64,000 nt of DNA from Lachnospiraceae bacterium (GTDB lineage Bacteria; Bacillota_I; Bacilli_A; RFN20; CAG-826), in assembly GCA_963654425.1 (NCBI GenBank), contig CAVKAR010000002.1, positions 1,845 through 65,844 on the forward strand, read 5' to 3'. Shown here one piece after another: positions 28,936 to 42,308 of the stretch. A program made the position numbers and the translations under genes. Under the pieces are notes generated by a model. The model did not search any database. It was not told the DNA's origin and saw nothing but the letters and a program-made list of their open reading frames with translations. The first letter of the stretch is position 1, and each line of letters opens with the position of its first letter.

Positions 28936-31851
28936 CTACTCCGTCCGTAATGCTGTGACTGGGTCTTTTTTCGCGGCGATACGGGCCGGAATCAAACCTG
29001 ATATGAACGCCAGCGCAATGGCGATGGCGACTAAAATCAAAGCATGGATGGGAGAAAGAGAGGCTATTTGCTCTAGCCCGTTCCCAGGGAATTGATGATC
29101 GATTATGGCGCTTATCGGGAAGCATGCGATCCAAGAGAAGCCGACGCCGATAAGCCCCGCCATTCCGCCAATGATGACGCATTCGGCCTCAAATAGCCGG
29201 CCTACGTCTTTCTTCCTCGCCCCGCAAGCGCGAAGAATGCCGATTTCCTTCGTTCTTTCAACGACCGATACATAGGTAATAATGCCAGTCATAATCGAAC
29301 TAACGACCAAAGAGATGGAGGCGAAGACAACCAAAACGGCGCTTATTACCTGAATCAAAACGCCAAGCGACTCGGTGAATGTCCCCATTACATCGCTATA
29401 AACGATCGCATCGCCATCATCTTTGCCCTCGTTATAAGCCGACAAATAATCGGTGAGCGCTTGCTTTGTGGTGAGAGAGGCAGGGAAAATAAGGACCGAT
29501 GTGATGATTGAGAAGTTGTTTTGAAGGGCAAGGAAGTCGATGAGGCACCAATCGCTGCGATCGATATTGCTGATATCGTTCCAGAATGACGGGTCTTCGA
29601 TCTTGAGGCCCAAAGCCACAAGCGAAGCGATTAAAGACGTGGTATTGGTTGAGGAAAAAGAGGGTATTTCGACCTCGCTTTGAAGCAAATCGCAGCCAAT
29701 GTTTTGGCAGTGATTCAGGAAATAGTAGCAAGATGTGTAATTCGGCACGCCGAGCGTGTTGGAGCTATTGCCCCAAAAATCACGATATGAGAGGCATGTG
29801 GATATATTCGTTGGCAAGTTGGTGAAAAGCGTTGAGAGGGTGTTTTTGTCTTCATCGGTCAGCGTTTTGCTTTCTTTGTAACGCTCAAAAATCTCATCCA
29901 GTTTGTAAGAAGTGCGGTATTCATTGATGAGCGAATTGAGTTTGTAGAGCCCATCGTTTGAGGTTTGATTTCCGTCTTCATCAACATCGTAGCGGAAATA
30001 AACGTTTCCTTTTACGGCGTCGCATAGCCTTTGGTGAGTCGTTTTCAATGATTCGGAGCTGTCCTTGCTCATGCCATCATCGGCCAAATAATCCTTTAAT
30101 TCCGACAAATATCCCAAAGATGAAGGCATAAGCGAGATGTAGGAATCCTCACGTGGGCGCATAATGCCGACGATTTTGAGTTTCACAGGATTAAACAGCT
30201 CGTCGTGGCTATAAACATAGCTTGCGCTTGGCTGAGAGGCGAAATAGCGGATTGTCGTTTGGCTTTTCTCCCCCAACACTTTCATATTCTCGATGTCGAT
30301 TTTCGTAACCTTATAGGAATCGACCGCCGTTTCCTTGTATTCGATGTTCTTATACAAATCGGCATTGCGGTAAACCTTGTATGTTTTTCCTTCGCCTGTC
30401 TTCTCGTTATAAAGGATGTCAGAGAAAGAAATCGTTTTCTCTTGGCTCGTCGAAGAAAGCATCCCCAAATACTTCAGCGTTGATTTCTCGACGCGGTTAT
30501 ATCGGTCCGTGATCAAAACGATCTCGTCTTTTGACTGCGGCATCCTCCCACCAATGCAGTCATACCATTTGCTCATCTCTTCGCTTGTGCCGTAGAGTTC
30601 ATGAAAGATGGTCGTAGGCAGGCCTGTCACGCTTGAAATGGCGCTCCCCGTCGAGCCAGCGGAGCGGTATTGGTTGATTGAGAGGACCCCTCCGCTCGAT
30701 TCTGGGCTGTCGGTCAAAAGGTTGAAAGTAAGGTTTTGGCGGTTGTACATGATGGAGCTCGCCCAGCCTTTCTCTTTTGTCTTCTCGATATAATCGAAAT
30801 AATCCTTCGTGAAACGGTTTTGATGAATGCTCATGAGCGAAGAGGACATGTCATACACCTTGACTTCCTCATCATCTGGATAAATCGTATCGTTTTGATT
30901 CGACGTTTGCTTATAAGTATAGGTGACTGGCGTAATTGAAATCGGGACAGATCCAGCCACGCCGCTTTCGACTTTATCGACATACATCGAAAAGCCGTTG
31001 CTGACCGCCAAAACGAGAGCCACGCCGATAATGCCGATCGAGGAGGCTATCGCCGTTAAGATCGTGCGACCTTTTTTAGTGCGGATATTTGCCCAAGACG
31101 ACTTCAAAGCCGTCAAAAAGCTCATGGAGGTCTTTTTGTTTATTTCCTTAGGAGAATTGGTTTTGTCCAAAAGCGGTACTGGATCGGAATCGCTTTCGAT
31201 TTTCCCGTCTTTCATCGTAATGATGCGGTCGCTATATTCATATGCCAGTTCGCGGTTATGCGTAACCATGATGACGAGTCTGGTTTTGCTAGCTTCCTTC
31301 AAAAGCTCCATGACTTGCTTTGAGGTTGCCGAGTCAAGTGCTCCGGTTGGCTCATCGGCCAACACGATTTTTGGATTGTTCACGATTGCTCTAGCCAAAG
31401 CGACCCTCTGCATCTGGCCGCCCGAAAGCTGATTCGGCTTCTTTTTGTAAACATCGGCTAATCCGACATCCTCAAGGGCTTTGAGGGCTCTCTCTTTTCT
31501 TTCTTGACGAGGGACGCCGTTCAACATGAGCCCTGTTTCGACGTTTGATAGTATCGACTGGTGGGGGATAAGATTATATGATTGGAAGACGAATCCGACT
31601 CTTTCGTTACGATAAGCATCCCATTCCGAATCAACGAAATCCTTAGTGCTTTTGCCGTCAATCAACAAATCGCCGGAAGTATAGTGATCAAGCCCCCCGA
31701 TAATATTCAGAAGCGTCGTTTTCCCGCAGCCTGAATGGCCAAGGATGGAGACAAACCCTTTATCAAGGAATCCCAAAGAAACGTCTTTGAGAGCCGGGAA
31801 GGGCTCTTTGTTGACATAGTAATCTTTTTTGATGTTAATCAGTTCGAGCAT
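28936..31851 (-). CDS. MacB-like ABC transporter: fused ATPase, large extracytoplasmic domain and FtsX permease
   Basis: Walker A GHSGCGKTT, LSGGQ and Walker B motifs. C-terminal FtsX-like 4-TM region. ATG for MLELINIKK; the listed ORF start at 31872 is a TTG. Confidence 0.85.
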   Translation of the reverse strand: MLELINIKKDYYVNKEPFPALKDVSLGFLDKGFVSILGHSGCGKTTLLNIIGGLDHYTSGDLLIDGKSTKDFVDSEWDAYRNERVGFVFQSYNLIPHQSILSNVETGLMLNGVPRQERKERALKALEDVGLADVYKKKPNQLSGGQMQRVALARAIVNNPKIVLADEPTGALDSATSKQVMELLKEASKTRLVIMVTHNRELAYEYSDRIITMKDGKIESDSDPVPLLDKTNSPKEINKKTSMSFLTALKSSWANIRTKKGRTILTAIASSIGIIGVALVLAVSNGFSMYVDKVESGVAGSVPISITPVTYTYKQTSNQNDTIYPDDEEVKVYDMSSSLMSIHQNRFTKDYFDYIEKTKEKGWASSIMYNRQNLTFNLLTDSPESSGGVLSINQYRSAGSTGSAISSVTGLPTTIFHELYGTSEEMSKWYDCIGGRMPQSKDEIVLITDRYNRVEKSTLKYLGMLSSTSQEKTISFSDILYNEKTGEGKTYKVYRNADLYKNIEYKETAVDSYKVTKIDIENMKVLGEKSQTTIRYFASQPSASYVYSHDELFNPVKLKIVGIMRPREDSYISLMPSSLGYLSELKDYLADDGMSKDSSESLKTTHQRLCDAVKGNVYFRYDVDEDGNQTSNDGLYKLNSLINEYRTSYKLDEIFERYKESKTLTDEDKNTLSTLFTNLPTNISTCLSYRDFWGNSSNTLGVPNYTSCYYFLNHCQNIGCDLLQSEVEIPSFSSTNTTSLIASLVALGLKIEDPSFWNDISNIDRSDWCLIDFLALQNNFSIITSVLIFPASLTTKQALTDYLSAYNEGKDDGDAIVYSDVMGTFTESLGVLIQVISAVLVVFASISLVVSSIMTGIITYVSVVERTKEIGILRACGARKKDVGRLFEAECVIIGGMAGLIGVGFSWIACFPISAIIDHQFPGNGLEQIASLSPIHALILVAIAIALAFISGLIPARIAAKKDPVTALRTE

Positions 31852-31934
31852 GCGAAAAGTGTACCATTGCAATCATTAGGTTTCACCGATTAAAAATATA
31901 ATTTTTAAAACACTGTATAAATAGGCCTTTTTGT

Positions 31935-32423
31935 CTATAAAATTCCGCCTTTTTTCCTTTTTTCGGCGAAAAAACGCCTCATTAAAGAGGCACATTCCTC
32001 TTCTTTGATGCCTGAATAAACCAACGGGTTGTGTTCTATATTCGGATCATCATATACGTGATAGTGGCTTTTTATGGCGCCCATCGTTTTATCATTCGCC
32101 CCATAAAAAAGCGAACCGATTCTCGCTTGTTTAATCGCGCCGGAGCACATCAAGCACGGCTCGACCGTTACATAAATCGAGCATCCTTCAAGCGACCATT
32201 TGCCAATCGTTTTTTCCGCTTCCTTGATAGCCTCGATTTCAGCATGGGATGAGATATCGTTTTTGTTTTCGCGCTTGTTGTGCCCGCGGCCGATGATTTT
32301 GCCGTCTTTGATAATAATCGCCCCGACTGGCACTTCACCGCTTGAAAAGGCGATGTTCGCCTCTTTTAGCGCTTCTTCCATATAAATGTCGTGAATCGAT
32401 TTCTCTTCCATTACTTTTATCAT
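31935..32423 (-). CDS. tadA: tRNA-specific adenosine deaminase
   Basis: HAEIEAI and PCLMCSGAI zinc motifs. Exact start uncertain: MIKV at 32423 or MEEK at 32411. Confidence 0.85.
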   Translation of the reverse strand: MIKVMEEKSIHDIYMEEALKEANIAFSSGEVPVGAIIIKDGKIIGRGHNKRENKNDISSHAEIEAIKEAEKTIGKWSLEGCSIYVTVEPCLMCSGAIKQARIGSLFYGANDKTMGAIKSHYHVYDDPNIEHNPLVYSGIKEEECASLMRRFFAEKRKKGGIL

Positions 32424-32440
32424 AAACGAAAACCACCGCA

Positions 32441-32515
32441 CAGGGGATGATGAGGTAAGGCTGCTACGTTCCCGTCCTGACCTGGTTATTCACCCTCTCC
32501 TCGCGATGGCGCATT
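32441..32515 (-). ncRNA. ffs: Small (4.5S-type) signal recognition particle RNA
   Basis: The minus strand reads AACCAGGUCAGGACGGGAACGUAGCAGCC, matching the conserved SRP RNA domain IV (CCAGGUCAGGUCCGGAAGGAAGCAGCC in E. coli), flanked by partially complementary arms. TATAAT -10 at 32518-32523 right after the serS stop. Confidence 0.6.
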
Positions 32516-32531
32516 AATTATAGTGGCTTTT

Positions 32532-33818
32532 TTATTTTTTCTCGATAGGTTTTAGCACGGATATTCCGCCCATGAACGGACGAAGCACCTCTGGCACAAC
32601 AACCGAGCCATCCGCTTGTTGATTTTGCTCAAGCAAAGCCGGGAAAACACGCGATGTTGCAAGGCCTGAGCCATTGAGTGTGTGGCAGAAATGCATTTTG
32701 CCTTCATGGTCTTTGTAGCGGATCATGCCGCGGCGCGCTTGATAATCGCGCGCGTTGGAGACGCTTGATACTTCCTTATATATATTCATGGATGGGATCC
32801 AGACTTCGATATCGTAGGTCCTTGCCATGGAGTGCGAGCAATCGCCGGCCGCCAATTTGTCGAGTTGATAGCAGAGGCCAAGCCCTTCAAGGAGCCGCTT
32901 TGCTTTATTCACGAGTTCTTCGAACGCAGCATCGCTCCCATCATCTGTCGTATATTGGACCATTTCGACTTTATCGAATTGATATCCGCGGATCATGCCT
33001 CTTTCTTCGGTGCGGTAGCTCCCGGCTTCTTTGCGGTAGCAAGGGGTATAGGCAAAATATTTCTTTGGCAAATCGTCAATCGATAGCACTTCGTTTCTAT
33101 GAAGATTGACTAGGGCCGTCTCGGCGGTCGGGAGAAGGAATTTTTTGGGATCTGTCCCCTCAAGCCAAAAGACGTCTTCTTTGAATTTCGGGAACTGCCC
33201 TGCCGTATAGCCGCTATCAAAATTCAAGAGGTGGGGTGGCAAAATCATCGTATAGCCATCGCTTATATGCGTCGAAATGAAGTAATTGAGGAGCGCCCAC
33301 TCTAATTGAGCCCCCAACCCGGTATAAATCCAGGTTCCGGTGCCCGATATTTTGGCGGCTCTTTTGTAATCGATCAATCCGAGCGATTCCGCTAATTCGA
33401 CGTGATTTTTTGGTTTAAAGCCGTCGAAGGTCGGCTCTTTCCCAAAGTGATATATCGGGTGATTGTTTTCTTTTCCGCCAGCGAGCAAATCCTCGTCAGG
33501 CATGTTTGGCAAAACCTCGATTTGGGCTTTTATATCAGCCTCAACGGCAGATAAATCAGCTTCTTTTTCTTTGTTTTCTTTCGCGAGTTCCTTCACTTTG
33601 GCGAAAAGCGGTTGAACGTCTTCGCCGGCTTTTTTCTTCGCTGGAACGGAGGCGCTCAGCTTGTTTTGCTCGGCTTTGTTGGTCTCAACATCCTTTAAAA
33701 GCGCGCGGCGCTTCTGAAACAGAGCCAATAACGGCGCTGGGTCGAAATCCCATCCTTTTTTCGCTAAAGCCGATTTAATGTATTCCGGCTTTTCCTCAAT
33801 AAGCTTTGCATCAATCAT
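32532..33818 (-). CDS. serS: Seryl-tRNA synthetase
   Basis: 428 aa with typical N-terminal coiled coil and class II core. RBS AAAGGAG. The ATG overlaps the upstream gene by 8 nt. No T-box leader. Confidence 0.9.
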   Translation of the reverse strand: MIDAKLIEEKPEYIKSALAKKGWDFDPAPLLALFQKRRALLKDVETNKAEQNKLSASVPAKKKAGEDVQPLFAKVKELAKENKEKEADLSAVEADIKAQIEVLPNMPDEDLLAGGKENNHPIYHFGKEPTFDGFKPKNHVELAESLGLIDYKRAAKISGTGTWIYTGLGAQLEWALLNYFISTHISDGYTMILPPHLLNFDSGYTAGQFPKFKEDVFWLEGTDPKKFLLPTAETALVNLHRNEVLSIDDLPKKYFAYTPCYRKEAGSYRTEERGMIRGYQFDKVEMVQYTTDDGSDAAFEELVNKAKRLLEGLGLCYQLDKLAAGDCSHSMARTYDIEVWIPSMNIYKEVSSVSNARDYQARRGMIRYKDHEGKMHFCHTLNGSGLATSRVFPALLEQNQQADGSVVVPEVLRPFMGGISVLKPIEKK

Positions 33819-34824
33819 TTTCTTGCTCCTTTCTGCTCAGTAACGATTCATAGTTTTGAACTAATTCGTCCCCCAGAATTCTTAATGATGCCTTTTTGGC
33901 ATAGTCATACGCCTCGATTATAGTAGGCTTTTCTTCGTTTTGGCATAAGAAGGTAAGGCGCTCGATCATTTTGCCTTCATCGTCATTGAGATAGCCTGTT
34001 CGCCCATCGATCGATAAATTACCAAATTCCGGTCTGATGATTTCAAACACCGGCACTTTGGCGCTCATTGATTCAAGAACCGGGATGAAGTCTGGGAGAT
34101 CGCTTAAAGACAAATAAGCGATAGCCCCTTTGATGGCACTCCGGTAAATATCATCCTCGACGAGACTCAAAAAAGTGATGTTCCGCCCATAAATCAATGA
34201 GTAGCGTTTCCGCGTGTTGGTGGAGGCGTACTTTCCGTTTTTGAGCCCAAAATAGAAAAAGCGCAGATTCGGGAAGCGTTTTGCGATGTTGCTTAATCTC
34301 TTGATTGCTCCATTATCCTTGTAATCCCCGCATGAAATTACGTATTTTTGCCCTTCTCTTAACGACGAGTAACGGGAGAAAACACTTCGTTCAACATCAT
34401 CAACGCCATCGAATCTGCTGAGATTTACGCCCGGCGTCAATATTTTGATTGGGGCATTTATCCCGGCTTTTTTAATGTATTTTTCGCCTTCTTTATTTGG
34501 TGCAAAAATCAAATCCGCGGCTTGGAGGGTCTTTATGCCGGCTTTATTGAGCGCATACCCATCCCCTTTCTTCTCAAGAAACGTGCAGCTTTTATCTCGT
34601 GATCCGTATAAAGCGCTTACGACGATTTTGGCCTCGTTGTCCTTTGCCTCGTTGATCAATTCCATCTTGGTTGGGGCAATAAGGTGCAAAATATCTGGCA
34701 TAGCCAAAAAAGAAGGGGCGTGGTTAACCCCTGCAAGCTCAAGGGCGCCCTTAAGGTTTTTCCTTAAGCGAACGCCCTCGAACGAAACTTCGTCTTTTTC
34801 TTCAAAGTAAATAAACGGCTTCAT
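33811..34824 (-). CDS. Putative GT-B fold glycosyltransferase (GT4-like C-terminal E..LESMS.KVPV...DGRTGYL motif)
   Basis: 337 aa. C-terminal half resembles the GT1/GT4 nucleotide-sugar-binding domain. Sits between gyrA and serS with start/stop coupling. Confidence 0.45.
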   Translation of the reverse strand: MKPFIYFEEKDEVSFEGVRLRKNLKGALELAGVNHAPSFLAMPDILHLIAPTKMELINEAKDNEAKIVVSALYGSRDKSCTFLEKKGDGYALNKAGIKTLQAADLIFAPNKEGEKYIKKAGINAPIKILTPGVNLSRFDGVDDVERSVFSRYSSLREGQKYVISCGDYKDNGAIKRLSNIAKRFPNLRFFYFGLKNGKYASTNTRKRYSLIYGRNITFLSLVEDDIYRSAIKGAIAYLSLSDLPDFIPVLESMSAKVPVFEIIRPEFGNLSIDGRTGYLNDDEGKMIERLTFLCQNEEKPTIIEAYDYAKKASLRILGDELVQNYESLLSRKEQEND

Positions 34825-34830
34825 TTCTGA

Positions 34831-37572
34831 TTACAAATCATCATCGGAAGAAGAGTCGTCTTTGATGTCATCGACGTTATCAGGCGTAACGACATCGGCT
34901 TCATCGCCTTTTTCTTCCTGAGAAAGCAAAGCTGGATTTACTTCATCATCAGCCGGGGTTGCCTCTAAATCTTCACTCTCTTCTTCAGCGTGAGGGAGGA
35001 TGGCGATAGAAGCTACGTATTGCCCTTTGTCGAGCGAGAGTATCTTGACGCCTTGGGTATTCCTCGCCGCGATCTTGATTTGGTCGATCGGCATGCGGAT
35101 GACGATGCCTTTGTTGGTGACAACCATGAGGTCTTCGTCTCCTTTTACCGCTTTCATGGCATAAAGCTCTCCGCCTTTGTCGGTGACTTTAAGAGAGATG
35201 ACGCCTTTCGCGCCACGAGAGGTCAAACGATAGCCGTCGTAATGGCGGATAGACCCATCTTCTTGCGGGATATCGGTATCTTTGGCGTAGGAGATCTTTC
35301 CTTGCCCTTGCTTTGAAAGAACGAGAATGCGGTCACCTTCCAAAGAGCTTGTGATTCCAACCAAGATTGAGCCATCGTCGAGGTTCATTCCTTTAACGCC
35401 GGCAGCATCACGCCCCATGGCTCTCACTTCATCTTCGTGGAAGGAGCAGACTTTGCCGTTGTTTGACGCTAAAGAGATGATGGCCTCGCCATTCGTTTTC
35501 TTGACGTCAAGCAGCATATCGCCGTCTTTAAGCCCTAAAGCGCGTTTGCCGTTGCTATTGATAGACTCGAACAGTTTGATGGATACCCTCTTCACGATGC
35601 CGTTGACGGTGCAGAAGAAGAGATAGTCGGTTTCGGGGTAATCGTCGCAAGGAACGATTGAAACGATCTTTTCGTCTTGATCGAGATTCAAAAGGTTAAT
35701 GGCCGGGATCCCTTTCCCGTCGCGTGCAGCGTCGGGAATCTGGTATCCACGGAGCCGATAAACGCGTCCGTAGCTTGAGAAGAAGAGAATATCGGTATGC
35801 GTTTTGGCGTAAACCATAAGGGAAACGTGGTCGTTAGAGCCTGTGGTGATGCCTTTGACGCCGCGTCCGCCGCGATTCTGGGTGCGGAAGGTGTCCTCGC
35901 CCATTCTCTTGATATAGCCGTTCTTGGTGAGGAGAACGACGATATTCTCTTTTGGAAGCAAATCTTCGTTATCGATATTGGCGGCCTCATCGCTGATATC
36001 GGTGAGACGCTTGTCGCCAAAGCGGTTCTTGACGTCTTCAAGCTCTTTGATGAGAAGGTCGACGATATTGTCGCGACTCGACAAAAGCCTATTGAATTCG
36101 GCGATATTGGCTACGAGCTGAGCGTGTTCGGCTTGAAGCTTGTCTTGTTCCATGCCCTGGAGTTTGCGGAGAGTCATCGCAAGAATGGCCTGAGTCTGGG
36201 CGTTGGAGAAGCCAAAAGCGTCAAAAAGGCGTTTGGTCGATTCTTCGTCTGTTTTCGAATCGCGGATGATGTGAATTACTTCGTCTATGTTGTCATGAGC
36301 TTTGATCAAACCCTGAACAATGTGATCGCGGGCGCTGTCGCGGTCAAGACGGAATTTCGTTCTGCGGGTCAATACCGAAACCTGGAAATCGATGTAATTG
36401 TTTAAAATCGCGGTAATCGGGAGGATTTTCGGGGCGCCATCCACCAAACAAAGGTTAATGATGCCGAAATTGATTTGAAGCTGTGTGTGCTTGAGCAAGT
36501 TGTTGGCGACGACCTCAGGCACGCAATCGCGCCTGATTTCGATGACGATGCGAATTCCTTCTTTGTTGGATTCATCACGGATATCGGTGATGCCGTCGAG
36601 CACTTTGTCACGCACTAAGCCAGCCATTGCGACAATCATCGCGCTCTTGTTGACTTGATATGGGATTTCAGTCACGATGATGCGGGATTTGCCGTTATCG
36701 AGTTCTTCGATGTGGTATTTGCTGCGGATGGTGACGGTGCCTGTGCCCGTTTCATAAGCCTCCAAGATCCCTTGGCGGCCCAAAATGGTGCCTCCGGTCG
36801 GGAAATCGGGGCCGTGGAGATAATTCTGCATGATCTCTAGTGGGGTAAGATCAGGGTTTTTGGCGATGGCCACAACGGCATCGATTGCCTCAGTGAGGTT
36901 GTGCGGAGCCATGTTGGTGGCCATGCCGACCGCGATTCCCTCTGAGCCATTAACCAAAAGGTTCGGGAAACGGGACGGCAAAACCGCCGGCTCTTTTTCC
37001 GTGCCATCGTAGTTATCGACAAAATCAACGGTGTTTTCATTGATGTCGCGGACCATTTCAACCGAAAGGCGGTTCATTCTCGCTTCGGTATAACGCATAG
37101 CCGCCGCTTCATCCCCATCGATGTCGCCGAAGTTTCCGTGCCCATCGACAAGGGTATAACGCATGGAGAAAGGCTGAGCCATACGAACCAAGGTTCCGTA
37201 TAAGGCAGAGTCGCCATGTGGGTGATATTTACCCATGACGTCGCCGACGATACGGGCGCTCTTTTTGTATGGCTTCCCAGGCTGCATGCCAGCTTCATCC
37301 ATGCCGAAGATGATACGGCGCTGGACTGGCTTTAAGCCGTCACGCACATCAGGGATGGCGCGGGAGACGATGACCGACATCGAGTAGCTAAGGAAAGCCG
37401 TCTCGACTTCGCTTGTGACTTCGCGGTCCACAAGGCCTGGCACAATGCCGGCAGTGGCGGAAGTATCTATTTTGTCGTGGTAGCGGTTATCGACCGAAGC
37501 CATGATATCGGCGTCGTTTTTCTCTGAGCCATTTTCAATCGGCTCGTTGATTTTCTTTTCTTCGTTATCCAT
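34831..37572 (-). CDS. gyrA: DNA gyrase subunit A with an acidic C-terminal tail
   Basis: 913 aa, conserved GyrA blocks (AAMRYTE, beta-pinwheel repeats). Confidence 0.95.
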   Translation of the reverse strand: MDNEEKKINEPIENGSEKNDADIMASVDNRYHDKIDTSATAGIVPGLVDREVTSEVETAFLSYSMSVIVSRAIPDVRDGLKPVQRRIIFGMDEAGMQPGKPYKKSARIVGDVMGKYHPHGDSALYGTLVRMAQPFSMRYTLVDGHGNFGDIDGDEAAAMRYTEARMNRLSVEMVRDINENTVDFVDNYDGTEKEPAVLPSRFPNLLVNGSEGIAVGMATNMAPHNLTEAIDAVVAIAKNPDLTPLEIMQNYLHGPDFPTGGTILGRQGILEAYETGTGTVTIRSKYHIEELDNGKSRIIVTEIPYQVNKSAMIVAMAGLVRDKVLDGITDIRDESNKEGIRIVIEIRRDCVPEVVANNLLKHTQLQINFGIINLCLVDGAPKILPITAILNNYIDFQVSVLTRRTKFRLDRDSARDHIVQGLIKAHDNIDEVIHIIRDSKTDEESTKRLFDAFGFSNAQTQAILAMTLRKLQGMEQDKLQAEHAQLVANIAEFNRLLSSRDNIVDLLIKELEDVKNRFGDKRLTDISDEAANIDNEDLLPKENIVVLLTKNGYIKRMGEDTFRTQNRGGRGVKGITTGSNDHVSLMVYAKTHTDILFFSSYGRVYRLRGYQIPDAARDGKGIPAINLLNLDQDEKIVSIVPCDDYPETDYLFFCTVNGIVKRVSIKLFESINSNGKRALGLKDGDMLLDVKKTNGEAIISLASNNGKVCSFHEDEVRAMGRDAAGVKGMNLDDGSILVGITSSLEGDRILVLSKQGQGKISYAKDTDIPQEDGSIRHYDGYRLTSRGAKGVISLKVTDKGGELYAMKAVKGDEDLMVVTNKGIVIRMPIDQIKIAARNTQGVKILSLDKGQYVASIAILPHAEEESEDLEATPADDEVNPALLSQEEKGDEADVVTPDNVDDIKDDSSSDDDL

Positions 37573-37590
37573 TTTTCATACCTCCTGCCA

Positions 37591-40737
<3,147 letters not shown>

Positions 40738-40741
<4 letters not shown>

Positions 40742-40977
40742 TTGCTTTTGACGAGGTAACCGATTTCGCCGATTTTGAGTCTGTCGCCTGGGCGAAGTTT
40801 CCTTCCGCGCCGCGACTCCAAGACGTCGTTGACGAGGATTTCGTGGGTTGCAAGATACGCTTTGGCCATTCCGCCTTCGTCAATCAGATGAACGAATTTC
40901 AGGAATTGGCCAAGGGTTATGTACTCACTTACGATCGAGACCTCGATCAGCGTGTTTTTATCGTCAAAATTGCCCAT
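40738..40977 (-). CDS. yaaA: S4-domain RNA-binding protein YaaA
   Basis: 79 aa. Conserved position between dnaN and recF. S4-like sequence. Confidence 0.8.
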
Positions 40978-40986
40978 GGCGACATT

Positions 40987-41008
40987 TTACTACTAAGTAG
41001 TAAAAAAA
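40987..41008. promoter_or_regulatory. Palindrome TTTACTAC-TAA-GTAGTAAA immediately upstream of yaaA
   Basis: Seen directly. 8-bp arms and a 3-nt loop. Confidence 0.35.
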
Positions 41009-41017
41009 GAAATGCTT

Positions 41018-41045
41018 TTCAGCATTCCTTTCGCTTTGTTTAATA
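41018..41045 (-). terminator. Weak terminator after dnaN
   Basis: Minus-strand AATGCT-GAAA-AGCATT hairpin followed by TCTTTTTTT. Confidence 0.4.
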
Positions 41046-41058
41046 TGGCTTTTTCGGC

Positions 41059-42177
41059 TTATCTCGTCCTCATAGGCGTGATGAGCTCAACCACGGAGTC
41101 ATCTTTGGGGTTTTTGATGACGAAGGGCTTCATTTCGCCGATAAAGGAGATTTGGACATCCTCACATCCAAGAGCCTTCACGGCATCGGCCACGAAGATG
41201 GCATTGAAAGCAATTTCGATGGTCTCGCCGTTATACGTGTAAGTGCTTAGCTTTTCCGAGCCGAAGCCCGTTTGCTGATTGGCAGTTGAGACTTCAACGC
41301 TCTCTTCGCTCATCGATAGTTTCACGACGGGAACGGCGTTTTGAGAGAGGATCGAGACGCGGTCAATCGCTGACAGGAATTGCTGCGAATTCACTTCCAA
41401 AAAGTAATTGAACGAGGTTGGGATGATGGAGCTTGATACCGGGTAATTCTCGCCAATGAGACGGCTTGAAACGATGGTGTTGGCGAAGCTGAAGATGATT
41501 TTGTCCGTGGAGGCAGAGACTTCGACCTCGCTTCCAGGATCGAGGAGTTTGGTGACATCGGACATCGTTTTGGCTGGCACGTTGGCGCTGAAGCGCAAAT
41601 CGCCATCCACGTTGACGACCTTCCGTGAAAGGCGGGCGCTGTCCGTGGCGGTTGCGGTGAGGGTTCCGTTCTCCGCGCGAAGGTTGATCGAAGTAAGAAT
41701 CGGCCTCGTGTCTTTGGTCAAGGCCGCAAAGGAGGTTTGATCGACAAGCTGAATCAAATCGGAGCACGGCAGGGTGAATGGCGTGGCATTCGGAGCGAAG
41801 GAGATATTTGGATATTCATCGCCATCCATGCATACGAGGTTCACGGAGAGCTTTCCGACGGATATCCTTGCCGTGTTGTCGATAACTTCGATGGAGATTT
41901 CGTCACCCTCTCCCTTTCTGGCGAATTCAATCAGCGTGTAAGCGTTTATCAGAACGGAGCCGGGGATGAGGTCGCGGAGAATCTCTTTGTCCCCTTTCAT
42001 CGTTTGGATCAAGGTCCAAATGGCGATATCGCTATTGGAGCCGGTTATCTCCAGCCCTTTTTCCGTTATCTCCAGCTTGAAGCAAAGGAGGGTCGGGTTG
42101 GTCGACTTGCTGCCGATGGCTTTGCTTGCAATCGTCAGTCCCTTCAGGAATTCATTTCTTTCGATGGTGAAGCGCAT
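41059..42177 (-). CDS. dnaN: DNA polymerase III beta sliding clamp
   Basis: 372 aa, three-domain clamp. Confidence 0.95.
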   Translation of the reverse strand: MRFTIERNEFLKGLTIASKAIGSKSTNPTLLCFKLEITEKGLEITGSNSDIAIWTLIQTMKGDKEILRDLIPGSVLINAYTLIEFARKGEGDEISIEVIDNTARISVGKLSVNLVCMDGDEYPNISFAPNATPFTLPCSDLIQLVDQTSFAALTKDTRPILTSINLRAENGTLTATATDSARLSRKVVNVDGDLRFSANVPAKTMSDVTKLLDPGSEVEVSASTDKIIFSFANTIVSSRLIGENYPVSSSIIPTSFNYFLEVNSQQFLSAIDRVSILSQNAVPVVKLSMSEESVEVSTANQQTGFGSEKLSTYTYNGETIEIAFNAIFVADAVKALGCEDVQISFIGEMKPFVIKNPKDDSVVELITPMRTR

Positions 42178-42308
42178 GGTTCTCGTCTCCTTTGATTTGT
42201 TTGAATAATTTTTATTTTTATTAATATTAATAATGTGGGTGTGTGGATAAGTGGATAACCGTTAATCCGACGTCGGTCGACTCCGCATATTGTAGCACGT
42301 ATTTTAAC
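42178..42308. other. oriC: oriC part 2 (dnaA-dnaN intergenic): AT-rich DUE and DnaA boxes TGTGGATAA (42242-42250) and GTGGATAAC (42251-42259)
   Basis: Perfect TTATCCACA reverse complements next to the AT tract TTGAATAATTTTTATTTTTATTAATATTAATAA. Confidence 0.8.

Noticed and set aside
31852-31872. Longer N-termini listed for the ABC transporter, metG, Fic, hddA and the MscS-adjacent gene.
   Set aside because: The first codons of these ORFs are TTG in the sequence. Downstream ATGs with GGAG-type RBS fit conserved protein N-termini better.
35797-36405. A 202-aa plus-strand ORF and many other 60-240 aa ORFs antisense to gyrA, gyrB, ppdK, the ABC transporter, dnaN, mnmE and similar genes.
   Set aside because: They lie entirely inside and antisense to strongly supported conserved genes. 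Their composition is low-complexity and they have no RBS. They are spurious.
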